Of a stretch of DNA of 64,000 nt, positions 51,733 through 60,661 are shown in pieces. The DNA comes from Thermoanaerobaculia bacterium (GTDB lineage: Bacteria > Acidobacteriota > Thermoanaerobaculia > Multivoradales > JAHEKO01): assembly GCA_041574955.1 (NCBI GenBank), contig JBFGNS010000005.1, forward strand, positions 417-64,416. The letters run 5' to 3'. The position numbers were made by a program, and so were the translations under genes. Within the stretch, counting starts at the first letter, position 1. Every line of letters starts with the position of its first letter. The notes below the pieces were generated by a model, which was not told where the DNA came from, made no database searches, and worked only from the letters and a program-made list of their open reading frames with translations.

Positions 51733-53739
51733 TCACGAACCGTCTCCGCGCGCCGCCTTCCGCGGCACCATGGCCAGCAGATAGAAGACGCCGGCGAAGG
51801 CGATCAAGCCGAACCACGGATTGGGGCTGACGCCGAGGGCCTGGCGCGCCGAATCGAGGAACGTGGGCACGTCCTCGGTGCCCGGCGGCGGCGTCCCCAG
51901 CAGGTTGTAGCCCAGCACGATGAAGGCGATGATCACGGCGGTAAGGGCGCCGCCAGCGATGAGGCCGCTCGAGATCAGCACACCCGTGTTCTCGGCCTTC
52001 AGCTTCTTCTCGTCGTCGGCCACGGTGCCGTCCTTCTCCAGGCCCTTGTCCATGACGGCGCGGAAGATGCCGCCGACGAAGATGCCAGCGGTGGCGGCGA
52101 ACGGCAGGTACATGCCAACGGCGATCAGCATCGGCGACGGCGCCTTGATCAGGATCAGGCCGACCGCCAGGAACATCCCGGCGATCACCAGCGGCCAGGG
52201 CATCTCGGCGCTGACGATGCCCCGGGCCATCAGCGACATGAGCCCGGCCTGGGGCGCCGAGAGCTGCTCCGAGCCGATCTTGTAGGTCTGGTCCAGGGCC
52301 AGCAGCACTGCCGGGAGCATCAGGGCCGCCGGCACCACGCCGATGATCTCGCCGACCTCCATGCGCCAGGGAGTGCCGCCCAGCACGTGCCCGACCTTGA
52401 GGTCCTGCATCATGTCGCCGGCGATGCCGCAGGCGCAGCAGACGACGCCGGAGACCGCCAAGACACCCGCCACGCCGGCGGCGCCGGTCACTCCCAGCAT
52501 GAGCATGAGCAGCGCGGCGATGATGAGGGTCGAGAGCGTCAGGCCCGAGATCGGGTTGTTCGAGCTGCCGATCAGGCCGACCAGATAGCCGGCCACCGCG
52601 GCGAACAGGAACCCGAGGATCACCATCACGACGGTGAGCACCAGCGACCCGGGAGTGCTGTGGGTGAAGTAACGATAGAGGAAGAACAGAGCGATCGAGA
52701 AGACGATGATGCCCAGCCCCACCTTCTTCAGGTTCAGGTCGATCTCCAGCCGGTTCTTGCCGGCGTTGCCCTGGCCGCCGCTGATCTCGGCGAAGCCCTT
52801 GGATATGCCCGAGGCCAGCTGCTTGCGCAGGGTGTAGAGGGTGTAGAAGGCGGCGACGATCATGGCACCCACCGCCAGCGGCTTGACCTGCTGGCCGTAG
52901 ACCTGCGAGGCCAGGCCCATCCAGCTCTCGCCGCCGGCCACGGCCCGGGCGCCGAGATCGGGCTGCAGGAAGAGGGCCAGAGGGCCGAGGAAGAGATGGC
53001 CCAGCAGGGCGCCCGCGAAGAGCACGGCGGAGACCCGGAAGCCGACGATGAAGCCGACCCCCATGAGCGCCGGCAGGGCACCCGGCGTGTCCACCCGCAT
53101 GCCGCCGGTGAACTCCGACTTCGACCCCAGCAGCTCGATCTGGGACTTGGGGAACTTGATGAAGCGAGACGCCGAGTCGGCGACCACGGTCAGACCGCGG
53201 GGGTTGGTGAAGACCTCCCAGAGGGCGGCGAGGCCCATCGACCCGAAGACGTACTTGGCGCCGGTCTGGCCGCCCTGGCCGGCCTTGACGATCTCCGCAG
53301 CCGCCATCGACTCGGGGAACGGCAGATCGGCCTCCTCGACCAGCGTCCGCCGCAGCATGATGACGAAGAAGACGCCCAGCACCCCGCCGATCAGCATGAT
53401 CACCGCGCTTTCGACGAGCCGGATCTGGTCCCAGACCCCGCTGATGACGAAGGCCGGGATCGTGAAGATCGCGCCCGCCACCAGCGCCTCGCCGACCGAC
53501 GCCGTGGTACGGGCGACGTTCTCCTCCAGAATCGTGCCCTTGAACGGTCGCAGCCCCGCCATGGCGACCACCGCCGCCGGGAAGGTCGCCGCGACGGTGA
53601 GCCCGACCTTCATGCCCAGGTAGGCGTTGGCGGCGCCCAGCACGACGGCCATGACGGTTCCCAGGAAGACGGCCTTGAAGGTGAGCTCGGCCATATCCTG
53701 CGACGCCGGGACGAACGGCTTGAACGGCTTCTTCTCCAT
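51733..53739 (-). CDS. OPT family oligopeptide transporter
   Basis: 668 aa, about 16 TM segments. LTFKAVFLGTVMAVVLGAANAYLGMKVGLTVAATFPAAV and EENVARTTASVGEALVAGAIFTIPAF are typical of the OPT superfamily. Confidence 0.9.
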   Translation of the reverse strand: MEKKPFKPFVPASQDMAELTFKAVFLGTVMAVVLGAANAYLGMKVGLTVAATFPAAVVAMAGLRPFKGTILEENVARTTASVGEALVAGAIFTIPAFVISGVWDQIRLVESAVIMLIGGVLGVFFVIMLRRTLVEEADLPFPESMAAAEIVKAGQGGQTGAKYVFGSMGLAALWEVFTNPRGLTVVADSASRFIKFPKSQIELLGSKSEFTGGMRVDTPGALPALMGVGFIVGFRVSAVLFAGALLGHLFLGPLALFLQPDLGARAVAGGESWMGLASQVYGQQVKPLAVGAMIVAAFYTLYTLRKQLASGISKGFAEISGGQGNAGKNRLEIDLNLKKVGLGIIVFSIALFFLYRYFTHSTPGSLVLTVVMVILGFLFAAVAGYLVGLIGSSNNPISGLTLSTLIIAALLMLMLGVTGAAGVAGVLAVSGVVCCACGIAGDMMQDLKVGHVLGGTPWRMEVGEIIGVVPAALMLPAVLLALDQTYKIGSEQLSAPQAGLMSLMARGIVSAEMPWPLVIAGMFLAVGLILIKAPSPMLIAVGMYLPFAATAGIFVGGIFRAVMDKGLEKDGTVADDEKKLKAENTGVLISSGLIAGGALTAVIIAFIVLGYNLLGTPPPGTEDVPTFLDSARQALGVSPNPWFGLIAFAGVFYLLAMVPRKAARGDGS

Positions 53740-53846
53740 GGCTTCTCTCCGGGTTCAGGCCCGCGCGGAGGAGCCACCCGGGGTGACGCTCGAACGTGCT
53801 GCTTGGGGTGCCCGGTGGCTCGCGGGCAAGGTGAAGGACTCGGCGC

Positions 53847-53876
53847 ATTCTAAGCGGCGCCCGGCGGAGGGGTCAA
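53847..53876 (-). promoter_or_regulatory. Sigma70-type promoter candidate for the OPT transporter gene
   Basis: The minus strand reads TTGACC-N18-TAGAAT, about 108 nt upstream of ATG 53739. Confidence 0.45.
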
Positions 53877-54002
53877 TGAGGTGCGAGCGGCGGGCGCGCT
53901 GCCGGCGCCCGACGACGCCGCCAGGCCGCCGTGAGGCGGGCCGCGGTAGCGGCCAGCCGCGCGGACCGCTACTCTCGGGGCCGCGATGAAGGCCAACCTG
54001 CG

Positions 54003-55316
54003 ATGAGCGGTTGGATCCAGGCGGCCAGCGACTGGCTGTGGGGGCCGCCGATGCTGGTGCTGGTGCTGGGCACCGGCGGCTACCTGCTGGTGCGGCTGCG
54101 CGCCGTCCAGTTCCGCCAGTTCGGCACCGCGCTGGGCGACCTCAGGCGGCCTGCGGGCGGCGAGCAGGAGGGCGACATCTCGCCGTTCGCGGCGCTGATG
54201 ACGGCGGTCGGCGGCATCGTCGGCAACGGCAACCTGGCCGGCGTGGCCACCGCCATCACCGCCGGCGGCCCGGGCGCGCTGTTCTGGATGTGGGTCAGCG
54301 GGCTGGTGGGGATGGGGACGATGTACGCCGAGTCGGTGCTCGGCGTGCGCTACCGCCGGCGCGGCGCCGACGGCGTGTGGATCGGCGGCCCGATGTACTA
54401 CCTGCGCGACCGGCTGGGCTGGCGGCGGGTGGCGGCGTTCTTCGCCCTCGGGCTGGCGGTCAAGACCCTGCTCGCGACCACCACCGTGCAGAGCAACTCG
54501 ATCGCCTCGGTGGCGGCGGCCGAGCTGGGCTGGCGGCCGCTGGTGACCTGCGCGCTGGTGGCGCTCGCGACCGCCGGTGCGGTGCTCGGCGGGGTGCGCT
54601 CGATCGCCCGAGTCTCGGAGGTGCTGGCGCCTCTCATGGGGCTGCTCTACCTGGGCGGCGCCGCGGTAGTGCTGTTCGTCTTCCGCGGCTCGCTGGGCGC
54701 CGCTCTGGCGCTGGTCTTCGAGCACGCCTTCTCGCCGGTGGCGGCCACCGGCGGATTCCTCGGCGCCGGGGTGCGCGAGGCGTTCCGCTTCGGCGTGGCG
54801 CGCGGCGTCTACTCCAACGAGGCCGGTACCGGCTCGGTGCCGATCGCCCACGCCTCGGCCAGGACCGCAGACCCGGAGCGGCAGGGACGAGTGGCGATGC
54901 TGGGTGTCTTCCTCGACACGCTGGTGGTCTCCTCGGCCACCGGCCTGGTGCTGCTCGCCAGCGGCGCCTGGACCAGCGGGCTCGACTCGACCGCGCTCAC
55001 CGCGGCGGCGTTCGCCGAGGGGCTGGGCGGGGCTGGCGGCACGGTGGTGCTGGTGACCTCGCTCCTGTTCGGGGTGTCGACGCTCATCACCTGGGCGCTC
55101 TACGGCGAGCAGAGCGCGGTCTACCTGCTCGGCCCGCGCGCCCGCCGGCCCTACCGGCTGCTCTACTGCACCGCCATCCTGGGCGGCTCGCTGGCCGGCG
55201 CCCGCGCCATCTGGGCCTGGGCCGACCTGCTCAACGGCGTGATGGCGATCCCCAACCTGATCGCCCTGGTGGCGCTGGCCGGGGAGCTGGCACGGCGGCT
55301 GGCCAAGAGGGGCTGA
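54003..55316 (+). CDS. Alanine/glycine:cation symporter (AGCS family)
   Basis: 437 aa from ATG 54003 (MSGWIQAASDWLWGPPMLVLVLGTGGYL); the track ORF starts 72 nt early. FAALMTAVGGIVGNGNLAGVATAI and GVYSNEAGTGS motifs. Confidence 0.9.
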   Translation: MSGWIQAASDWLWGPPMLVLVLGTGGYLLVRLRAVQFRQFGTALGDLRRPAGGEQEGDISPFAALMTAVGGIVGNGNLAGVATAITAGGPGALFWMWVSGLVGMGTMYAESVLGVRYRRRGADGVWIGGPMYYLRDRLGWRRVAAFFALGLAVKTLLATTTVQSNSIASVAAAELGWRPLVTCALVALATAGAVLGGVRSIARVSEVLAPLMGLLYLGGAAVVLFVFRGSLGAALALVFEHAFSPVAATGGFLGAGVREAFRFGVARGVYSNEAGTGSVPIAHASARTADPERQGRVAMLGVFLDTLVVSSATGLVLLASGAWTSGLDSTALTAAAFAEGLGGAGGTVVLVTSLLFGVSTLITWALYGEQSAVYLLGPRARRPYRLLYCTAILGGSLAGARAIWAWADLLNGVMAIPNLIALVALAGELARRLAKRG

Positions 55317-55330
55317 GGCGTTCGGCAAAC

Positions 55331-55358
55331 GTCATCCTGAGCGCAGCGAAGGACCTCA
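55331..55358 (+). repeat. Short GC-rich element GTCATCCTGAGCGCAGCGAAGGACCTCA (single copy here)
   Basis: It lies in the AGCS/pepD intergenic region, enclosed by a 7-bp stem (GCTGAGG...CCTCAGC, 55312-55360). From memory only, it resembles a dispersed intergenic repeat seen in diverse bacteria. Confidence 0.3.
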
Positions 55359-55399
55359 GCACCAGCCTTGGCAGGCGCACGCCGGCTCGCCCGAGGCAC

Positions 55400-55405
55400 T
55401 ACAAT
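55400..55405 (+). promoter_or_regulatory. -10-like hexamer TACAAT upstream of pepD
   Basis: TACAAT lies 20 nt upstream of ATG 55426, with GAGGAGGGAG between them. No convincing -35 element. Confidence 0.35.
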
Positions 55406-55425
55406 CGGCCCCGAGGAGGGAGACC

Positions 55426-56880
55426 ATGGCGACGTTCGTAGCCGAGATCGAGCCGCAGGCGGTGTGGCGGCACTTCGACGAGATCCTGACCGTCCCGCGC
55501 GCCTCGAAGAACGAGGCCAGGATGCGGGAGTACGTGCTGGCGGTGGCCGAGCGCCACGGCCTCGAGCACTCGACCGACGCCGCCGGCAACGTGGTGGTGC
55601 GCAAGCCCGCCAGCCCGGGGCACGAGGGAGCGCCGATCACCATCCTGCAGAGCCACCTCGACATGGTGCAGGAGAAGAACGCCGACGTCGACTTCGACTT
55701 CTCGCGCGACGCCATCCGGCCCGAGCTCGACGGCGACTACCTGACCGCCGCCGGCACCACCCTGGGCTCCGACAACGGCATCGGCGTGGCCGCGATGCTG
55801 GCGGTGGCCGAGGCCGACGACCTGGTCCACGGGCCGCTCGAGCTGCTGTTCACCATCGACGAGGAGACCGGGCTGACCGGCGCCGCCCAGCTCGACGCCT
55901 CGATGCTCCGCGGCCGCCGGCTGATCAACCTCGACTCCGAGGAGGAGGGCGCGCTTTGCGTCGGCTGCGCCGGCGGCGCCGACAGCGTCCTGACCCTGCC
56001 GCTGGTCTCGGCTCCGGTGGCCGCCGGCAGCGTCGCCCTCGAGCTCAAGCTGCACGGCTTCAAAGGCGGCCACTCCGGCATCGACATCCACCTGCAGCGC
56101 GGCAACGCCATCCAGCTGCTGGCGCGGGCGGTCTACAGGGCCTCGCTCGACCATCCGCTGAGGCTGGCCGGGCTGCGCGGCGGCACCGCCCACAACGCCA
56201 TCCCGCGCGAGGCGTTCGCCACGATCATCACCGCCGACGGCGAGCGGGACGCGGTGGCCCAGGCGATCGCCGGCGAGGTCGACGCAGTGCGCGCCGAGTA
56301 CCGCCCCGCCGAGCCCGGCGCCGCCTTCGACTCGGCAGCGGCCGACGCCCCGGCCGAGGCGTGGGACGAGGCCACCACGGCGGCAGTCCTCGGCCTGGTC
56401 AACGCCCTGCCGCACGGCGTCCAGGCGATGAGCTACGACATCGCCGGCCTGGTCGAGACCAGCACCAACCTGGCCACCGTCAAGCCGGCCGACGGCGGCC
56501 TCGAGATCTACATGGCGAGCCGCAGCTCGGTGGCCTCGGCGCTGGCGGCCCTCAGGCGCAAGATCCGCGCCGTCGCCGGCCTGGCCGGAGCCGAGGTGGC
56601 CGAGCACGGCGGCTACCCGGGCTGGCAGCCGGACATGGACTCCGAGCTGCTGGCGGTGGTCAAGCAGGTGCACGAGCGCGAGCTGGGCTCCGAGCCGCAC
56701 GTCGAGGCGGTCCACGCCGGGCTCGAGTGCGGGCTGATCGGCGAGATGGTGCCGGGCATGGACATGATCTCGTTCGGGCCGCACATCGAGTTTCCCCACT
56801 CGCCGGACGAGCGGGTCAGGATCGCCTCGGTCGGCCGGTTCTGGCAGCTGCTCACCGCCACCCTGGCCGAGCTGGCCTGA
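55426..56880 (+). CDS. pepD: Aminoacyl-histidine dipeptidase (M20 family, PepD)
   Basis: 484 aa, GAGGAGGGAG RBS. FDEILTVPRASKNE, LQSHLDMVQEKN, GTTLGSDNGIGVA, FTIDEETGLTGA and HAGLECG. Confidence 0.9.
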   Translation: MATFVAEIEPQAVWRHFDEILTVPRASKNEARMREYVLAVAERHGLEHSTDAAGNVVVRKPASPGHEGAPITILQSHLDMVQEKNADVDFDFSRDAIRPELDGDYLTAAGTTLGSDNGIGVAAMLAVAEADDLVHGPLELLFTIDEETGLTGAAQLDASMLRGRRLINLDSEEEGALCVGCAGGADSVLTLPLVSAPVAAGSVALELKLHGFKGGHSGIDIHLQRGNAIQLLARAVYRASLDHPLRLAGLRGGTAHNAIPREAFATIITADGERDAVAQAIAGEVDAVRAEYRPAEPGAAFDSAAADAPAEAWDEATTAAVLGLVNALPHGVQAMSYDIAGLVETSTNLATVKPADGGLEIYMASRSSVASALAALRRKIRAVAGLAGAEVAEHGGYPGWQPDMDSELLAVVKQVHERELGSEPHVEAVHAGLECGLIGEMVPGMDMISFGPHIEFPHSPDERVRIASVGRFWQLLTATLAELA

Positions 56881-56903
56881 CGGCGGCGGTCCACGCCCCG
56901 ACG

Positions 56904-57527
56904 ATGGCAGCCCGGCGCATCGCCCTGCTGGTCACCGGCGCCTCCGGCATGCGGCTGCCCGCGCACCTGCTGCGCACGCTGGTGTCGCGCCACGACGTCG
57001 AGCGCGTCCATCTGGTGGTGTCGGCCGGCGCCAGCCAGGTGCTCAAGCACGAGCTGGGCGAGAAGAGGACCGGGGCGGCCGACCTGGTGGCGACGGCCGA
57101 GCTGGGCGCGGCCGCCGACAAGGTCACGGTGCACCGCGACGGCGAGCTCGACGCACCGATCGCCTCGGGCTCCTATCCGCTCGGCGGCACGGTGATCCTG
57201 CCGTTGAGCGCCGGCACCCTCGGCGCCCTGGCCACCGGCTCTGCCCGTACCCTGGTACACCGCGCCGGCGCGGTGGCGCTCAAGGAACGCTGGCCGCTGG
57301 TGCTCGGCTTTCGCGAGACGCCGATGACCGTGATCCACCTCGAGAACCTGCGGCGGCTGGCCTACGCCGGCGCCGTCATCCTGCCGCCGGTGCCGGCGTT
57401 CTATCTCGGCGGCGAGTCGTTCGAGCGCTTCCTCGACCACTACGCCCTGCGCGTCCTCGACCGCCTCGGCCTGGTGGAAGCCGGCGAGCCGGGCCTGCGC
57501 TGGGGCGAGCCGGGCGGCGGGCCCTGA
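56904..57527 (+). CDS. ubiX: Flavin prenyltransferase UbiX
   Basis: 207 aa from ATG 56904, the tail of the 719-aa track ORF. IALLVTGASG, ALKERWPLVLGFRETPMTVIHLENLRRLAYAGAVILPPVPAFY. Confidence 0.85.
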   Translation: MAARRIALLVTGASGMRLPAHLLRTLVSRHDVERVHLVVSAGASQVLKHELGEKRTGAADLVATAELGAAADKVTVHRDGELDAPIASGSYPLGGTVILPLSAGTLGALATGSARTLVHRAGAVALKERWPLVLGFRETPMTVIHLENLRRLAYAGAVILPPVPAFYLGGESFERFLDHYALRVLDRLGLVEAGEPGLRWGEPGGGP

Positions 57528-58129
57528 GCGCCGTCCGCTGCATCCTGTTCGATCTCGGCGGCGTGCTGGTGCGCTTCCGCGGCATCGAGCGCGTGGCCGA
57601 GTGGTTTGGCGGCGCGGTGCCGGCCGAAGCGGTGTGGGAGCGCTGGCTGCACTCCGAGGTGGTGCGCGCGTTCGAGCTCGGGCGGCTGACGCCGGAGGAG
57701 TTCGCAGAACGCTTCCTGGCCGAGTTCGAGCTCGGAGTGCCGGCCGACACCCTGCTGGCCGAGCTCGAGCCGTGGGTCGGCGGGCCGCTCGACGGCGCTC
57801 TCGAGCTGCTCGACGAGCTCGCCGGCCGTTACACCGTCGCCTGCCTGTCGAACACCAACCCGCTCCACTGGCCGCGCATGGCGGCGAGCTTCGGCGGCCG
57901 TTTCGACCGCGCTTTCGTATCCTGCGAGACGGGTTTGCTGAAACCCGATCCCGAGGCGTTCCGCCACGTCTGGCAGGAGCTCGACCTCGCGCCGGGCGAG
58001 ATCGTGTTCTTCGACGACGCCCGGCTCAACGTCGAGGCGGCTCGCGCCCTCGGCCTCGACGCCGCCCGCGCCCGCGGCCCGGCCGATTGCCGCGCCGAGC
58101 TCACCCGGCGCGGCCTGCTCGCAGGTTAG
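57524..58129 (+). CDS. HAD-IA hydrolase, YihX-like sugar-phosphatase family
   Basis: LSNTN, LLKPDPEAF and VFFDD motifs. The nucleophile motif ILFDLGGVLV lies upstream of the first ATG/GTG/TTG (57563). I therefore propose a CTG start at 57524, overlapping the ubiX TGA. Start uncertain. Confidence 0.75.
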   Translation: MSAVRCILFDLGGVLVRFRGIERVAEWFGGAVPAEAVWERWLHSEVVRAFELGRLTPEEFAERFLAEFELGVPADTLLAELEPWVGGPLDGALELLDELAGRYTVACLSNTNPLHWPRMAASFGGRFDRAFVSCETGLLKPDPEAFRHVWQELDLAPGEIVFFDDARLNVEAARALGLDAARARGPADCRAELTRRGLLAG

Positions 58130-58167
58130 GCTGACCTCTCACCGAGCCGCTCGGCGAGCGGCCGCAG

Positions 58168-58794
58168 CTAGAGCCAGCCGCGCTTCTCGGCCAGCCGCAA
58201 CAGCGCCAGGCGGCCGTCGACGTCGAGCTTGTCGTAGATGTTGTGCAGGTGGACCTTGACGGTGCCCTCGGAGATGAACAGCTTCTCGCCGATCTGGCGG
58301 TTGCGGAGCCCCTCGCCGATCAGCCGCACGATCTGGAGCTCGCGGGCGGTCAGGCGGCCGGCGGCTTCGCGCCCGCCCGCCGCCTGCTGCAGCAGCCGCT
58401 CGATGCCGTGCGCGGTGCTCAGCCGCTCGAGCCACAGCTTGCCGGCGTGGACCTGGCGCAGGCAGTCGATCAGCAGGCGGGGGGCCATCTCCTTCAGCAC
58501 CACTCCGCGGGCGCCCAGACGCACCGCCTCGAACAGCTCCTCCTCGTCGACCGAAGCGGTCAGCACCACCACCCTGGTCGCGACCTGGCGCTCGCGCAGC
58601 CGCTCGAGCACCCGGTGCCCGTCGAGGCCGGCAAGCTTGAGATCCAGGACCAGGATGTCCGGCGCCGACTCATCGACCAAACGCAGCGCCTCGTTGCCGT
58701 CGGTGCACCGCGCCACGACCTCGAAGTCCGGCACGGTGCGCAGCAGCGCCTCCAGACCGTCGAGCAGTAGCGGATGATCGTCCGCGAGCGCCAA
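58168..58794 (-). CDS. NarL/LuxR-family response regulator
   Basis: 208 aa, TTG start. REC domain (PDILVLDLKLAGLDG), C-terminal LuxR HTH (LTARELQIVRLIGEGLRNRQIGEKLFISEGTVKVHLHNIY). Confidence 0.9.
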   Translation of the reverse strand: MALADDHPLLLDGLEALLRTVPDFEVVARCTDGNEALRLVDESAPDILVLDLKLAGLDGHRVLERLRERQVATRVVVLTASVDEEELFEAVRLGARGVVLKEMAPRLLIDCLRQVHAGKLWLERLSTAHGIERLLQQAAGGREAAGRLTARELQIVRLIGEGLRNRQIGEKLFISEGTVKVHLHNIYDKLDVDGRLALLRLAEKRGWL

Positions 58795-58807
58795 CCGAAT
58801 CGGAATC

Positions 58808-60598
58808 TCAGTGGACCTCGGCTTGTGTCGAAAGATCTACGGTGATTGTAGCGCCCCGCGGGCTCGAATCGATCCACAGCTCGCCGCCCAGGGCCGCCAC
58901 CCTCTGGCGCAGGCTCCAGGGTCCGACGCGCGCCGCGGCGAGAGCGTCCAGGTCGAGCCGGCCGACGAACGGGAAGCCGCGGCCGTCGTCGGCGACTGTC
59001 AGCCGCACCCCGCCGGGTCGGCGGTCGACGCCTACTTCGATCCTGGACGCCGCGGCGTGGCGGCCGGCGTTGGCCAGCGCCTCCTGGGCGAGCCGGTAGA
59101 GCTGGCCGGCCAGTTCGCCGGGCAGGCCGCGGGTGCACTCGGGCTGGATCCGCACGCTCACCTCGACGCCGTAGGAACGTGCGATGCGATCGGCGAGGCC
59201 GCTCAGGCGGTCGGTCAGCGGTCCGCCGTGAGAGCTCGCGGCGGTGCGCGCCAGATGGACGAACTCCCGCAGCTCGCGCTGGTCCCCTTCGAGCTGCTGC
59301 TGGACGGCGGCCAGGCGGCGACCCACCTCCCGCGGCTCGCTCCCGATCAGCCTGCCGGCCGCCTCGAGCTGCAGCGCCGCGCCGGCCAGCGACTGGGTGA
59401 CGCCGTCGTGCAGCTCCCGCCCCAGCCGGATCCGCTCCTGATCAGCGGCGCCCCGGGCGAGGGTCTCCGCCAGCGCCAGCTGCTCGAGCTGGCCCACCAG
59501 GATGCGGGCGACCAGCCGGCCGGTGACCAGGTCGTCCGGGCTCGGGGAGCTCAGGTTGCAGGCGATCAGCAGACCCTCGAGGGTCTCGCCCGAGAGCGGC
59601 AGGCAGAGGGCGTTCTTGAACCGCACCAGCCGTGAGAGCCCGGGACCCAGCGGCGGCCCGGGGAACCGCTCGATCCCGTCCTGCCCCTCGTATACCGACA
59701 GCCGATCGCCGAGGCCCAGATAGTCGCGCTCGGCGAGCTCCGGCGGCACCCAGGGCTCGAGCTCTCCGGGCGGCCACCGGCGCCAGTCGAGACTACCCGC
59801 CCGCCAGTCGGCGACGACGACGTCGGGCTCCTCCACCTCCTGCCATACCAGCAGAACGCGGTCGGCGCCCAGAATCCGGGCCGCCCGTTCCAGGCCTTCG
59901 GCCACCAGCTCTCGCCGCTCGGTGGTTGCCGGACGCGGCCAGCTCGCCAGCCGCGCCAGGTCCAGCCCCAGCCGGTGCTGGTGGCGACCGAGGTAGCCCA
60001 GCAGCAGCGCCAGAACGACCAGATGGATCATCCGGATCAGGAACAGGTCCAGCTCGAAAGCCGCGCCGGGCAGCCCGTAGGCGGAGTAGACCCCCATCGC
60101 CATGTAGGCCGTCAGCGCCGCCACCGCCGTCCACAGCGCGCCCTGCCACTGCCACCGGATGGTCGCGCTGACCAGGGCGAAGACGAACAGAGCGAACAGC
60201 GGGCTGGCCGTTGCCTGGCTCAGCAGGCTGAGCAGGCTGAAGCACACGAGGTCGAAGGCGTGGGTCGCCGGCCGCAGCCAGCGCGGCATCAGAGGCACGG
60301 CCCAGACCGCCACCGCGTACGCCACGGCGTAGGCGAAGTAGGCCGCCAGCGCGAGCCTGAGCAGCGGCGGCGCGGCCTCCGCCCCGACCGCCTCGAGGCC
60401 GATCGCCAGCCAGGAGAAGCCGGCCAGCATCACCCGGCCGGCCGCGATCACCCTTTCGCCCTGGCGCCGCCGGGTGAGCGGGAACTCGCTGTTTCGCAAC
60501 CAGGCGCTCGGCCGGTACCAGCCCGGCCGCCGCAGCTCGAGACCCATCGCCGCCCTCCTCTGCTCGGGTCGGCCTACCGGACCCGGAGCGGACCGCAA
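58808..60598 (-). CDS. Membrane sensor histidine kinase (HisKA_3/NarX-type) with GAF-like domain
   Basis: 596 aa; an alternative ATG at 60547 is possible. About 6 N-terminal TM segments. H-box RLGRELHDGVTQSL. HATPase (NAGRHAAAS...VADDGRGF). Stop lies 13 nt before the response-regulator start. Confidence 0.85.
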   Translation of the reverse strand: MRSAPGPVGRPEQRRAAMGLELRRPGWYRPSAWLRNSEFPLTRRRQGERVIAAGRVMLAGFSWLAIGLEAVGAEAAPPLLRLALAAYFAYAVAYAVAVWAVPLMPRWLRPATHAFDLVCFSLLSLLSQATASPLFALFVFALVSATIRWQWQGALWTAVAALTAYMAMGVYSAYGLPGAAFELDLFLIRMIHLVVLALLLGYLGRHQHRLGLDLARLASWPRPATTERRELVAEGLERAARILGADRVLLVWQEVEEPDVVVADWRAGSLDWRRWPPGELEPWVPPELAERDYLGLGDRLSVYEGQDGIERFPGPPLGPGLSRLVRFKNALCLPLSGETLEGLLIACNLSSPSPDDLVTGRLVARILVGQLEQLALAETLARGAADQERIRLGRELHDGVTQSLAGAALQLEAAGRLIGSEPREVGRRLAAVQQQLEGDQRELREFVHLARTAASSHGGPLTDRLSGLADRIARSYGVEVSVRIQPECTRGLPGELAGQLYRLAQEALANAGRHAAASRIEVGVDRRPGGVRLTVADDGRGFPFVGRLDLDALAAARVGPWSLRQRVAALGGELWIDSSPRGATITVDLSTQAEVH

Positions 60599-60661
60599 TC
60601 AAGTTTCAACCGCCGCGCGGGGCTCGAAATTCCACCGGCCGCGCCCACCCGGCGTCGAGAG

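Noticed and set aside
53877-54002. Possible glycine riboswitch upstream of the alanine/glycine:cation symporter
   Set aside because: AGCS genes are often glycine-riboswitch controlled. However, I could not find the conserved GGAGAG / CACCG / GGGGCAA-type / CUCAGGCA core elements in this 126-nt leader. An Infernal scan (RF00504) would settle it.
55368-56903. N-terminal 512 codons of the 719-aa track ORF ending at 57527
   Set aside because: This part overlaps pepD in another frame and is Arg/Gly/Pro junk. Only the last 207 codons (from ATG 56904) form UbiX.
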